Origin: Phyllosticta citribraziliensis
Taxonomy: Eukaryota
NCBI RefSeq assembly: GCF_038025025.1
Contig: NW_027117349.1
Span: forward strand, 682,001-746,000
DNA length: 64,000 nt
Direction: 5' to 3'
The translations under genes were made by a program, and so were the position numbers. The notes below the pieces were generated by a model. That model made no database searches. It was not told the DNA's origin and was given only the letters and a program-made list of their open reading frames with translations. Within the stretch, counting starts at the first letter, position 1, and each line of letters begins with the position of its first letter. Shown in pieces: positions 13,349-24,700 of the stretch.

Positions 13349-14971
13349 TGTGGCGGGTTTGTTTGGACGAGAGGTAGGTCTTGATATAGAGGGAATTGGA
13401 GAGCTTCAAGCGGAGGCTGCGGCGTATGAGTGAGCTGGAGTCGAGGGGATTGAAAGAGAGGGAGGTTGTGGAGAGGGAGAGGACGTGTGAATGTGTAATG
13501 GTTGAGAGGGCAGAGGTGGAGGGGCGTGAAGCTTAGACGCGGGCGGGCCGTGGCCTCTGTTTAAGGCAATCAACGACAGCTGCGCCCGACGCGGGGAACT
13601 GTAGTGGTGGTGTGCGGGCGGGGCAACTGGAGGTCAACACTCCAAGGCACCTCACATACCTGCAATTGAGGTTGAAAGTTGACGCGGGGTGGCAGTTTGT
13701 TGATGCGAAGAAACGTCTGCAGGCAGTCTGCAGGCAGCCAGAGAGCCGCACTTGACGCTCTTATACCGTCCACGTCCACCTTAGCCGGGACAGACCAAAC
13801 CTGAACCTCCCGTCGTGGCACCCGTAAGCGCCAACAGGGTCCCGCTCTGGGCGCTGGGCCAAAAGTACCCCCCGAGCACCTCTCTGCCACGCTATCTTTG
13901 TCCCGACGTGCCAAGCTGCTGACAAGATACAGCGTGCGACACATGTGCCCCGCTGCCTCTACACGATAGGTAGCGAACCACGGTTCCTGTAATTGAGAGC
14001 GTCGTCGACAGACAACATGGTATACGTGCACGTTTCTCTAACGCGTTTTGGCTTAACCCTTGGGTCTCAAGGCTTAGCCTTCCACTGCTGCATCATCAAC
14101 ATGTGCCTGTTTGACGTCAACTCTCAATCCTCGTCTGTCCAGGGCATCGCTACGCCAGACGTCTCAATGAGAGTGACGAGGGCTGCCAAAGCTAAAGCCC
14201 CTTGGCCCCATCCTAGAGTAGCCTTGACCCAAGTTTTGTGGTATCCACCCCATGCCATCATCTGGCCTCATGACACCTTCACTGCTCGCGCAAATGCCAC
14301 GGCAAACGTCACTTAGCCGCCCCAATTCACGCACCGGAATGCCGTCGAGGCCTCGGCCAAACAAGACCCTTTCGACAATCATTGTTGCTTTCTCGGGACA
14401 ACTCGGGACAGGAGCATGCAGCCAACAACCCATCCAAACTCTCCCGTCATCCATCACGGCCAAAGCGACGAGAAGAAAGCGGAAAAGAACAGAAGTCTTG
14501 ACCAACCCGAGAGTGGGAAACGCCGTGCGGTCCTTTCGAACGACGCCCTACCCAAAGCCCTCCAAACAGCCGGGGTGCCGCCATTTTCCTTCCCCAGCCA
14601 GCCCTGCCAAACCAAGTGAGATATCTACCTCCGGCCTTATGCGTCCTCCAGCCGTAGCCCAGGACTAGCGTCTCCCAAACCCCAGCCCTATGATGCAATC
14701 GGAATGCCGAAATGTAGTCAACTAAAGATAATGAGGAAGAAGATGATGTTGAAGAAGGAAAGACGCGAAATGTGTGGCCAACTTGTCTTTCGGCGCCCAC
14801 AACCACCCTCCCGACGGAAAATATTGGTTCAAAGTAGGAGAGGAAAAAACGAAATAAAGGCCATCGTCATGTAGAAAGCAAACCACTCGGCCCGTCCGTC
14901 ACCCAAGGCCCAGGACTCGCAGCTCTTCGCCGCGGCGGACGGAGGCTGGCGAGACTCCGACAGGAATCATA

Positions 14972-16192
14972 CTACCCCACGTAGTCTTCCCTGTCCCCCT
15001 CAGCATCCGCGTCGGCCTCGGCACCTGGGTCGTGGGCCCCATAGCTGTGGCTTGGATCACCCGCGCCCGTTGGATCTGGAGCTCGTTGGCCTCCAACCGA
15101 ATACATCTGCTGAGCGCAGCAGTTAGTATGATTCAAAGACGCGTCATGATTGCCGATTTACCTGTTGGGGTGCCATCTGGTAGCCTCCGTACATGGACGG
15201 ATCAAACATTTGTTGCGGCGCCTGGCCATACGCCGCAGACGGGTCGCTCTGCACTGGCGGCGCAAACATGCCTTGCTGCTGAGCGCGATAATCTTGCTCC
15301 ATGTGCGGCGCCATGCCGTAGTCTGGCGGCGCCATTGGGTGAGGCGGCGGATGCATGCCCGTTTGCTGGACAGCGCCTGGCTGGGCCTGCGCATTCGCCT
15401 GAGCCTGCGCTGACGAACTGCCCTGGCCGCCGGACCGCTTGTGTGATGTAGCCTCTTCACGAGGCACGATATCGATCAAAAAGTCAAACATGTCGGACTT
15501 GGCCAATGCATTTGCGATGTCGGAGCGCTGAAGCGTGCGCCTCTTGTTCTCCTCGGCGTGTATCCAGGCGCGCATCGTCAACTCGGTGATGAAGATGTCG
15601 CAGCCCTTTGCAAAGAGGATAGGAGCCTCGGCCGATATCATCTTGACCTCTGGGTCGGCCTTCATGACCTTCTTTATCCGCGCCAGAGGCAGTTGGTGGA
15701 GCTTGTAGTCATGATCGTCCGTCTCGAGCTTGGTGACTTGCTGCTGCCAGTAGGTATTGAGGATGTCGCGATACTGGCCGGTGAGGCCCTGGTTGACCTA
15801 GATGCGCGTCAGCACGACCGCGACGCGCGGCGAGGAAGAAGTAAGGGTGCGTACGTTTGCCCATTGGCCTGTAAAAACCTCTGGGTTCGGCGCGTGGTGC
15901 TGGGCGGCTATCTACATGGCGGCATCAGCAAAGCGGAGGACGAAGTGGGAAGATTTGGGTTGGACGCACACTTGCGCTCGCTCCTGCAAAGAATGCGTGT
16001 CAGTGATTGCGGTTCGAGGTCTTGGCTTGGCTGGGAAAGCTTGACATGCAAGGCTCACGGCGACGACGTACCGTAGTGGCCGCCATTGGCAGGGTCGTAG
16101 AGAGGATTTCCATTCTGGCCGTCGTAGCGGCGGGGTGGAGCCTGCTGTCGCATCTTTTGCTGGCCATGGGCTTGGAGATTTGATGGGTCCAT
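14972..16192 (-). CDS. HAP5: CCAAT-binding complex subunit HapE/Hap5 (NF-YC)
   Basis: Histone-fold [62 protein letters not shown]...[10 protein letters not shown]. Several introns, including a 14-nt microexon at 15970-15983. Confidence 0.95.
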
Positions 16193-17621
16193 GATGGCTA
16201 GGCCGATTGCGCGCGCTCTGGCGGCAGGACGGCTACCATTCGCTGGGCGGGCTGCTGTGCTGGACCGAAGCGCACGAGTGTGCAGGCGGGCGCGGGGGGC
16301 AGGAAATTGATTCGCCGGCGGGGTGGCAGTCGTTGCGGCGGCGATGGAGAACTGTGGATGCGATGGAAGCGGGTGTTGCAGGCTCGTAGCGTCAGAGATG
16401 CGGTGAACTGGAAGCAGAGGCTGACTATGTAGGTAGGAAGAATGAAGTGGGGAAGGCAGAGCCGGACACGGCAGGCGACAAATTATTGTCGGCTTCGCGT
16501 CCAACCTGGCGTGGCGTCTGAGGTGGTCTTGGAGCGCAGCAACAGCCGCGATAATTGAGGCCGACTATACTGTGCTCTACTATCCACTGGCCCTCGAGAG
16601 CTATGTTTGGTCCCTGGGGTGTGGAGCGGCGGGTTGCGCAGCGAATCGGCGGGCGTCTTGGAACCAGCGCCGACCTGGTCCTGGTAAGGTATCCGTAGGT
16701 AGTGCGCTTCCGGTTCGTTGCAGGGGCTGTCACTGGCACTGACACGCTGAGTCGAGCTCCCGACCGTGAAGAAGATGATGATCTATATACTATATCCTAT
16801 ATCCTCCGCCTGCGCCGCTCTGGCTTGCCTGCCTCCGGTCCTCTCCACGTCTCCGGACGGCGCCAACTCACTACTGCCGCCGCCATCACAATCACAACAA
16901 TCACCCACCGTCTCGGACCTGCCGGCGACAGAGGCGAGACTGGCTCAGCTGCCCGAGGTGCCATGCTGACAGTGGCCCACTCCCTCGTCCCGATGCATGC
17001 TCGACTGATGGATGCGATGCGCTGGCCAGCTTCCAATCCACCCCCATGCCATGTCGTGCGTAATGTGATGCGAAGCGCTCGACTGGAGAGTCCCTCTTCG
17101 CGAATCGAGGATCATTCTGCTAGCGGTCGATTACTGAGGCGTCTCTGCGGAGGTGAGAGGCGATCATGGTCAGGCACCAACTGAAGGGAAGCCATCATGC
17201 AGCAGCAGAGTGCGGTGGTGCAGGCGCAGCACAGCACGCGCTCGGGAGAATCCACCCACCAACCTCAGCCAGGCGACAAGTTGACAGCTTGACGCTCGTA
17301 TGTGTCGTGAGCTAAGGAATTGTTCCTAGTCCCTCTCACACGCCCAACCTGCTAACGGTACGATGTACGCATAACAAGGGCAAAGAGAGGTGCGGAGCTG
17401 ATGTCCATCGCGCCGGGTCCAGTCCGGGTGGGTGGGGAGAACTGACTGTGGCCCGTGCACACAGCGCTGGCCGGGTAAGGTCCGGGTAAGGTATTCTGCC
17501 AGTTCTGACCGCTCAGAGCATGGACCAGCCGGAATCGAGATTTTCCCGTCCGTCGCATTTTTGCCTTGGTTGGCCGGCGCGTCTCTCGCTTTTCATCTTT
17601 TTCTGCACACTGTCCACCGCC

Positions 17622-18547
17622 ATGGAGGTGACAGCACTTCCGGAGCCCACGCGCGAGCTTGACCATGCCTTGCCCTCTGATGATGAGGATCTGTCAGAAG
17701 ACCAAATTCAGGCTCTCCTGAAGCAGGCCGAGGTCAGATTGCGCGACAAAGCCACGTCTGCTCACCAGCTGCAGCCCTTCTCTGCATCTGCCTTCAAGCT
17801 GCCCAAGCTCGATGCCGGAGAAATCGCTTCCCCTTACCTACGCACCAACGGCGACGTTGCCCGCATCGACTCGGCAAAGCTGCTAGACTCCCAACAACGT
17901 GACTTGGCCAATCAGGGAATCAGAAAGGTCGACGACCCGGTAGTGGTACGGAAGAAGAAGATCGAGGTACGTTTTGCATCCTTCTCTTGATTGCCTATGA
18001 GGAAAACATTCCCAAATTTTCTCCCTTGAGCAGACCAAGGGGTCCGTCTTGGGCCCTTCCTGCACCACTGAGAGCTTTTAGTTCATAGTTACTCTGAGGC
18101 ACCCTGCACACAATGTCTTTGACTACTCAGCCCTGTTGGAATGACTTCTAACGAGCTCTATAGGAACGCAAGGCCACTGCTGGCGACAAATGGTTCAACT
18201 TGCCCAAGACTGATCTGACCCCAGAGTTGAAGAGAGATCTCCAGCTGCTGAAGATGCGCAACGTCCTTGACCCGCACAGACACTACAAAAAGGAAGACAG
18301 CAAGGACGTGCCCGAATATTCCCAGGTCGGTACCATTGTTGAAGGACCCACCGAATACTACAGTGCCCGCATCCAGAACAAGGACCGCAAGAGAACCTTT
18401 GTCGAAGAAGTCCTGTCCCAGGAAAAGAACAGTGGCAGGTTCAAGAGAAAGTATGACGAAATCCAGACCAACAAGACCAGCGGCAAAAAGGGCCACTACA
18501 AGGCTATGAAGGACAAGCGCAAGTCGGGCAGGATTGGCAAGGGATGA
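17622..18547 (+). CDS. FCF2: rRNA-processing protein Fcf2
   Basis: TAGDKWFNLPKTDLTPELKRDLQLLKMRNVLDPHRHYKK...QVGTIVEGPTEYYSARI matches the Fcf2 domain. Intron 17967-18163. Confidence 0.92.
17992..18101 (+). ncRNA. Intronic box C/D snoRNA, snR63/SNORD46-like (guide for LSU rRNA helix 69, Am2256 yeast numbering)
   Basis: Terminal stem TGCCT/AGGCA, C box ATGAGGA (17997), D box CTGA (18094). The antisense element TCATAGTTACT is complementary to the conserved LSU rRNA sequence AGUAACUAUGA. Confidence 0.85.
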
Positions 18548-18844
18548 CATGTGACGAATGATTGGTCTCTTCGTGTCGAATTGTTTCAGCCCTCCAACAT
18601 GTGTTGCCATACCAACCTTGGTCATGAGTCCTCATGGCCTACTGGCTCGCTCGGGAGGATTTTCAGCCAGTGGCCACGCCCGCAAGCGCGCCAACCTCGC
18701 CGCCCTCATTGACGCTAGATACATGGGTAACACCCTGCGTCAGGGACCCCGCCGTTGTCCATGAGCACGAGGCTTTTGCTCCAATGAGGCGCCATCCAAA
18801 GTCCCAAGCCTCACGCCACGGCAGCGTCATACAAATGCGTTGCT

Positions 18845-20137
18845 TTATGCAGCGCCAAGGTCAGATAGGACCTGCTTGACCAAGGCCTGGGCACCAAGTC
18901 AGCTAGACAATCAATCATCATCAACTTTGGGTCGACGTACCTGCATATCTTTGGCCGCCTCTCTTCCAGCTTCTAGCACCTCTTCGTGATTCGCCTTGCC
19001 CTTGCTCAAGTACTCGTCCAGCTCCTGCTTGCTCATGTTCTGAATAGCGGCTTCGTCTCCACGGGTGCTGGCTTCCAGCACAGCCTTGTTGGTGACGAGA
19101 CTGAATGCGAGCACCCTGATGCCACTGTGTCTTGCTACCACGATTTCGGGCACAGTCGACATACCGACCACGTCCGCCCCAAAGGTTCGCAGCATGCGGC
19201 ATTCAGCACGCGTTTCGTAGCTGGACTTGCATTAGCTGCGTGCTCTTGCGGCATTTTCGCATACAAGTCATCGGTCTAGCCTTACCTGGGACCGGAAACA
19301 AAGGCGTAGACTCCTTCATGCAGTCTCCTCTTTGCCTGGCCCAGCCCCAGCTTCTGCCACGCCTTGTGGACTCGTTGGCGAAGCTCGAGGTCATAGGCAT
19401 CCGACAGGGGCGGGAAGCGCACGCCGAACTCGTCCACGTTGGGGCCACGCAGAGGATGGAAGCCCATCAGCCCTGGCATGTTGAGGTGCTGAATCACAGT
19501 CTTAGCCAACCTGGACTCGTACATTCACTTCAAGCTTACATCATTCAAGAGGACGATATCGCCGACCTCGTAGTCGGGGTTCAAGCCGCCGGCGGCGTTT
19601 GTCACTACGGAAATGGATCAGGGCGAGACTTTTGACGGCTACAATACACAGGAATCCACGCACCAATCATAGTTTCAATACCCATGAGCTTGCAGACGCG
19701 GGTTGCAAAGGTGACGAGCTCCATTTCATGGCCCTCGTAAAAGTGGGCGCGGCCTACGAGCAGCATCACGGGCAGCTTCGCGGGGCCAATCAGTCCGAAG
19801 ATGAGCTTTCCAGCATGGCCGACGACTGTAGCAGCCATATCGAATCAGTATCGTCTTTCTCTGCGTACAAGTGGGACCGGCCTCCGCAGAAATGCATCAG
19901 TTGCATGACGGGGGCCGCATGCTACGCACCAGTGCTTTGCGGAAAGTTGGGGACGTTTGAATACGGCGTGGAGAAGACGGGCTCGGCGTGGATCGTGTCA
20001 GCCAGTCCACCGAGGCCAGAGCCGCACACAATGGCAACCTTGGGACTGCGCAGCTCGGCCGGTACGGTGGACCGCAGGTAGTCGGCCGTCTCGGAGGCAC
20101 GCTGGTAGACGCCGGGTGGAGCTGGTGCTGCGGCCAT
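18845..20137 (-). CDS. PNP1: Purine nucleoside phosphorylase
   Basis: [60 protein letters not shown] and NHEEVL. Multiple GT-AG introns. Confidence 0.95.
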
Positions 20138-20426
20138 GGTCGTGATGCGGATATATCTGCGTAGTTAGTGAACGGTTGTTTTTCAATGGCGATTTGAACA
20201 AATTCAAACGAGGGCAAGGAGTCTCGAGTGTGGGAGCAAGCCGAATTTATGTAGACAGCTACAGCCAAGGCGCCACCATGTGGTCCTGCGGAGGAGAGGG
20301 AGGGACGTCAAGCTGTCGGAGGAGGCCGCTGGAATGTGACCCGTGCGCGGGCGGTGAGTGGAAATTGATCCGCACGCCGTCGCTGGAGAACGCCTCCAGT
20401 GCGCAACGTCCGCCAATTCAACCGCC

Positions 20427-21397
20427 ATGGCCGCTCCGACATATCTCAGGTCGCCGTTTGGCGCCCTGAAGAGGGTCAAGGTGCGAATTCCTACACTGGG
20501 TGCTCATCTGTAGCCATGACTGACTTTTGCCGCGCAGATTTCCCCTCGGGTAGCGCCATGCCGTCGTCAGTACAACACTATAACGGAATCGCTGCGGATA
20601 TCGGGCGTCAAGTGGGAGGACGCAGCAAAGTATGGCAACTCGGAGACTCTGGCATAGCTTCTCTGCTAACAGCCATCACAGGCAAAATGGCATCAAAGAC
20701 CCACCGAGATTAGACCCGTAAGCCCGACCGCGTCGTCGCGCCTCACACACTGTTGACACAGTCCAGCATCGATGCGACAGAGGAGGAAAAGAAGATGCTG
20801 GAGCAGGTCCGCTCACCACGCAACGTCGAAGCCATCTTCAAGACACCGCTCCGCCGCGAAGCCACCTACGGCATCCCCGTCTGCGACCTGCAACTGCGCA
20901 CCTACTCGGTCCGCAACATTGAGTTCTTCGTAGACTTCGCGCTGCGCGCCGCCTACTACCTCGGCCTCCCCGCCAAGGGTCCCATCCCTCTGCCCAAGCT
21001 GGTCGAGCGCTGGACCGTCCCGCGCTCCAACTTCATCTTCAAAAAGTCGCAGGAGAACTTTGAGCGCATCACCATCCGCCGCCTCATCCAGATCCAGGAT
21101 GGCGACCCCGAGGTCGTCCAGATATGGCTGTCGTACCTGCAGAAGCACCAGTACTACGGCGTCGGTATGAAGGCCAACATTTTCGAGTTTGAGAAGCTGG
21201 ATGTCGCGACGGCTATGGATGAGGCCGTCGTCCAAGAGAAGGGCTTGGTTGAGGAGAGCATGAAGGGCTTTGGTCGGAGGAAGGACGCGCCGGAGTCTCT
21301 GGAGGAGGTTCTCGAGATGATGCATACCGAGCCTTTCAAGAGTGCGGCGCACGGTAATGCGCCCATGTCCAAGACTAGCAAGGAGACGGGCATGTAG
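20427..21397 (+). CDS. RSM10: Mitochondrial small ribosomal subunit protein S10 (uS10m)
   Basis: CDLQLRTYSVRNIEFFVDFALRAAYYLGLPAKGPIPLPKLVERWTVPRSNFIFKKSQENFERITIRRLIQI. Arg-rich presequence-like start MAAPTYLRSPFGALKR. The 5' exons are approximate. Confidence 0.88.
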
Positions 21398-21704
21398 GCG
21401 GAGACGGACATTGGAAAATGGGATATCCGCCGTCATTTCGAATCAAGATTCTGTTTCTATCAGAGGATGAACGATGTGTGCTGAGAAAGTGTCGTGCCAG
21501 GTTGGCAATCCTGCTGGCACTGGCTGGCAATTGTGTGATCTACCTCTTTTCAGAACGCTTGTTGAGATGGGGATTTCGTACTGGAGCTTACAATGGGCAG
21601 GTTTCTCTCCATCGCTTCCACACAATAACGCTGCTGTGCCGTGGCAGACGATCCAGCACCCCGACACCGGAACATACCTTGTCAACTTTGCAGCTGTACC
21701 AGCG

Positions 21705-21962
21705 GATGACCGCTCCCTGAGCGCAACTGCTACAGTAGATGAATGCTTCCTGAGCGCAACTCCCAAGGCAGATGAATACTCCCTGAGTACAACTGCTACG
21801 GTAGATGAACGCTCCCTGAGCATGACTGCCAAGGTGGATGAATGCTTCCTGACCATAGCTGCCATGGTAGATGAATGCTTCCTAAGCACAGCTGCCACGG
21901 TAAAGTAATGCTCCCTGAGCATAGCTGCCACGGCAGATGAATGCTCCCTAAGCGTACCCATG
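21705..21962 (+). repeat. 33-bp minisatellite, ~8 degenerate units
   Basis: Consensus approximately GATGAAYGCTCCCTRAGCRYARCTGCYAHGGYA, with units every 33 bp. Confidence 0.92.
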
Positions 21963-21985
21963 GCCGGGAATGGGTCTGACCTAAT

Positions 21986-22436
21986 ATCATTACTGGTGAG
22001 TTAGTCAGCGCATCTAACAGTGTCTAACGGCAACTAGTAGTGGGAATCCTACAAGCAACCCTACCATCGCTTTATACGGGCACATAGTGCCTTACGGGTG
22101 AGGCAGTCACCGTATCTGACAGCGTCTAACGGCGTCTAGTTATCAAATTCTGAGAGTAACACTTTGTATGGACACCATGATGCCTCACCTATGAGGCAGT
22201 TGGCGCATCTGACGGCGTCTAACGGCGACTAGTTGTGGGATTCCAAGAGTCACCCGCCAGTATTCTGTATGGACACCTTGATGCCTCACCCGTGAGATAC
22301 TCAGCGCGTCCAACGGCGTCTAACAGCGTCTGATTATGAGGTTCATAACCGCCAACCTGCTAGCACTTTTTATGAACACCAAGATGCCTCACAGTTGAGG
22401 CACTCGGCGCGTCCAGCGGCGTCTGACGGCGTCTGG
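21986..22436 (+). repeat. ~100-bp degenerate tandem repeat (4 full + 1 partial) with internal palindrome
   Basis: TGCCTYA-N4-TGAGRYA at 22088, 22181, 22282 and 22385, each followed by GCGYMT..AC.GCGTCT.AC.GCG.CT. Confidence 0.88.
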
Positions 22437-22546
22437 CTGTGACTGCTATAACTACTTTCCCTCTCTCCTCCCTGCATCTTCCTCCAACAACACAACCTCC
22501 TCGCTGTCTCCTCTCGCGTCACTCACCCTTCCCTCCCCTTACAGAC

Positions 22547-23791
22547 ATGTCTCACGCCCTCATCAAGAGGCCACGCCTTTTCTACGAAGACAGGTTGACT
22601 ACACGAGCGACCCACCACCACGCCCTCTTCCCATACTTCGATGACGGCGATGTCATCATCCAGCTCCACGATGGAGAGAACATTTGGACGTTGCGGCTGC
22701 ACAGGCGCACCCTCGAAGAGAGATCTCGGCCCATCATACTCCTGCTCTCGGAAGAAGGCCATTACCAGGGCGGCCCCGAAGGCTTCGCATTCCATCTGAC
22801 ATTGGCCCCTCCACGCGGCGATGACCCGATTGCTGCTCTCACCATGAGGCGTCGCGAGCTGGTCAAGACGAATCCTGATGTCTGCCTTGCGTACCGGAGC
22901 TTCTTCGCCAATCTATACCAACAGTCTCTTCTCATCTCCTCTTCGAATGTCCTCCGAGCCCAGTACCAAGCAGAGATCCTGGTCCACATTGCAAAGCGTT
23001 ACGGAACACTTGAGGGCCTGCGGCCATACCTGGACACCCACTTCACAAGCTTTCATGTCGAACTCTTCCAACAAATCTGCCTGAATCCGGCTCGGTGGCT
23101 CAGCCTCGCTCAGGACATGCGCTCTGAAGTCATGTTCAAGGAAGCACTGGTGCACCTCATCGGGATGTACCCAAAGCATACAGCCTGGAAGTACACGGAG
23201 CAGAACCTTCGCCCCGAGGTGCTCAAAGTCATACGGACCAAGGGAGATCAAATGCAACACCAAATCTCGCTCTGCATCAACGAGCTTTTCACGATCACCC
23301 TGCCGGCAAACATAAGCGCCACTGGCAAAGTGCCCGCCATGACCCTCAATTTTCAGAGCATCGAGCGCTGGACCGTCGTCCACCTGCACCGCGACTGGCT
23401 GGCGAACGAGCTGCGCAGAATCAAGGCCTTTGATGAGCTGCGGGGCCCGCAACCCTCGGCCACAGGCGTGCGTCCGCGCCCCCTGGAGACCGCCCGCCCT
23501 GTTGGCATCGGCATGCTCTTCCGCGCCATAGTCACCGGCGACTATCTCCCCTGGAAAGGTGTACAAGAGAGCCTGACTGGTGCGTTTGACTCCATACCGT
23601 TGGAGAAGTTTGCGGGATTGGAGAAGGATTTGAGGTTCTTGAAGCGCCAGGCTAAGCAAGTCATCACTCGGATGGGTCTGGCCAAGAAGAATCTGATTCT
23701 TGATGAGGAGACGGCCAAGCAGCTGACTTACCTTGTTTGTGCGGAAGTGGGTGAGGAGGACTGCTTTTGGAAGAGCAAAAAGAAGGAGTAA
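22547..23791 (+). CDS. Intronless fungal BTB/POZ-like domain protein
   Basis: 414-aa ORF from ATG 22547. FDDGDVIIQL...LRLHRRTL..RS resembles the start of fungal BTB-like domains, followed by LVHIAKRYG, NPARWL.LA..MRSEVMFKEALVHLIG and YLVCAEV. Confidence 0.7.
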   Translation: MSHALIKRPRLFYEDRLTTRATHHHALFPYFDDGDVIIQLHDGENIWTLRLHRRTLEERSRPIILLLSEEGHYQGGPEGFAFHLTLAPPRGDDPIAALTMRRRELVKTNPDVCLAYRSFFANLYQQSLLISSSNVLRAQYQAEILVHIAKRYGTLEGLRPYLDTHFTSFHVELFQQICLNPARWLSLAQDMRSEVMFKEALVHLIGMYPKHTAWKYTEQNLRPEVLKVIRTKGDQMQHQISLCINELFTITLPANISATGKVPAMTLNFQSIERWTVVHLHRDWLANELRRIKAFDELRGPQPSATGVRPRPLETARPVGIGMLFRAIVTGDYLPWKGVQESLTGAFDSIPLEKFAGLEKDLRFLKRQAKQVITRMGLAKKNLILDEETAKQLTYLVCAEVGEEDCFWKSKKKE

Positions 23792-24116
23792 TCACAAGGG
23801 AGATATGGGAAGTCACTCCCGTCCATGGTGGATCAATGGTTTTGCGGCGGGTGCTCATGGAGGAAAGGTTTTGGCTTCATTCTTGGTTCACTACTCCTTT
23901 CACTCGACCCTCTTTGGACATTTCGGTTAACTGGATAAGGAAGCATTCGGCGATTGAAAAATGGTGGCTTGGATAAAATGGTAGTGAGTTTGGTTTCATT
24001 TTCAAGTCTTCCGGCCACACAGGTGGCTCCATGATCAGTCTTTCCTACTGCAAATCTGCGCAACAAATGCTGTATCTGAGTGAGAGAACGTCGGGTGTCA
24101 CGTACTGAGTTTAGAA

Positions 24117-24262
24117 GGCAACAGTCATCTGAAATTTTGACGGCGCATAGGGAGCTTCCATCCGCTGCTGATGTTGCGCACAGGGAGCATCCCTCTGCTG
24201 CCACAACTGCGTATCGGGAGCGTCCATTACGCCACGCGGCAGCGCCTGGGGAGCGGTTATGT
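24117..24262 (-). repeat. 33-bp minisatellite (same family, inverted), 4-5 units
   Basis: GGGAGC at 24150, 24183, 24216 and 24249, the reverse complement of the GCTCCC core. Confidence 0.8.
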
Positions 24263-24700
24263 TTATTGACACCGGCAGCGCAGGCTCCTTCCTCGACCGT
24301 ACCTCCTCCACCGTACCTCTCTCGCCGGCATCACCGAGTCCACTACCGTACTTAAGCCGCCACCCGGACCTGCACTCTTCCTCTCTCTTGACACCTCCAC
24401 ATCCACCACCCCTTCCTCTCCGGATTCACTTCAGCTCCCTCCTTCACGCCTGCACCTGGCCGCTGATTTCTCGACGCTCGACTCTCGACGCCAGATCATC
24501 ACCGGCGTCCAACACCTCTTCAACTTGGATCTACAGCACCTTGGATCGACCCGCAGCTCATCACGCACCTCACTTCTCTCTCGATCGCTTCGCCAGGCTC
24601 AGTAAAGTGCTGGACCCCATAGCATTCGCCCTCCTCACTGCCTTCACTTCGTGTTGTGGCCAGCCTTAGTGCGAAGCCGGGTGTGCCTCACTGAAGGACC

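Noticed and set aside
21443..21961. ORFs with 11-aa repeats (VDECSLSATAT / LREHSSTVAVV) on both strands
   Set aside because: A by-product of a 33-bp repeat. The + frame is broken by a stop within the array, and related arrays elsewhere are intergenic.
21986..22436. CRISPR array
   Set aside because: Eukaryotic context with no cas genes. The repeats are degenerate and ~60 bp long, and the 'spacers' are visibly related to one another.
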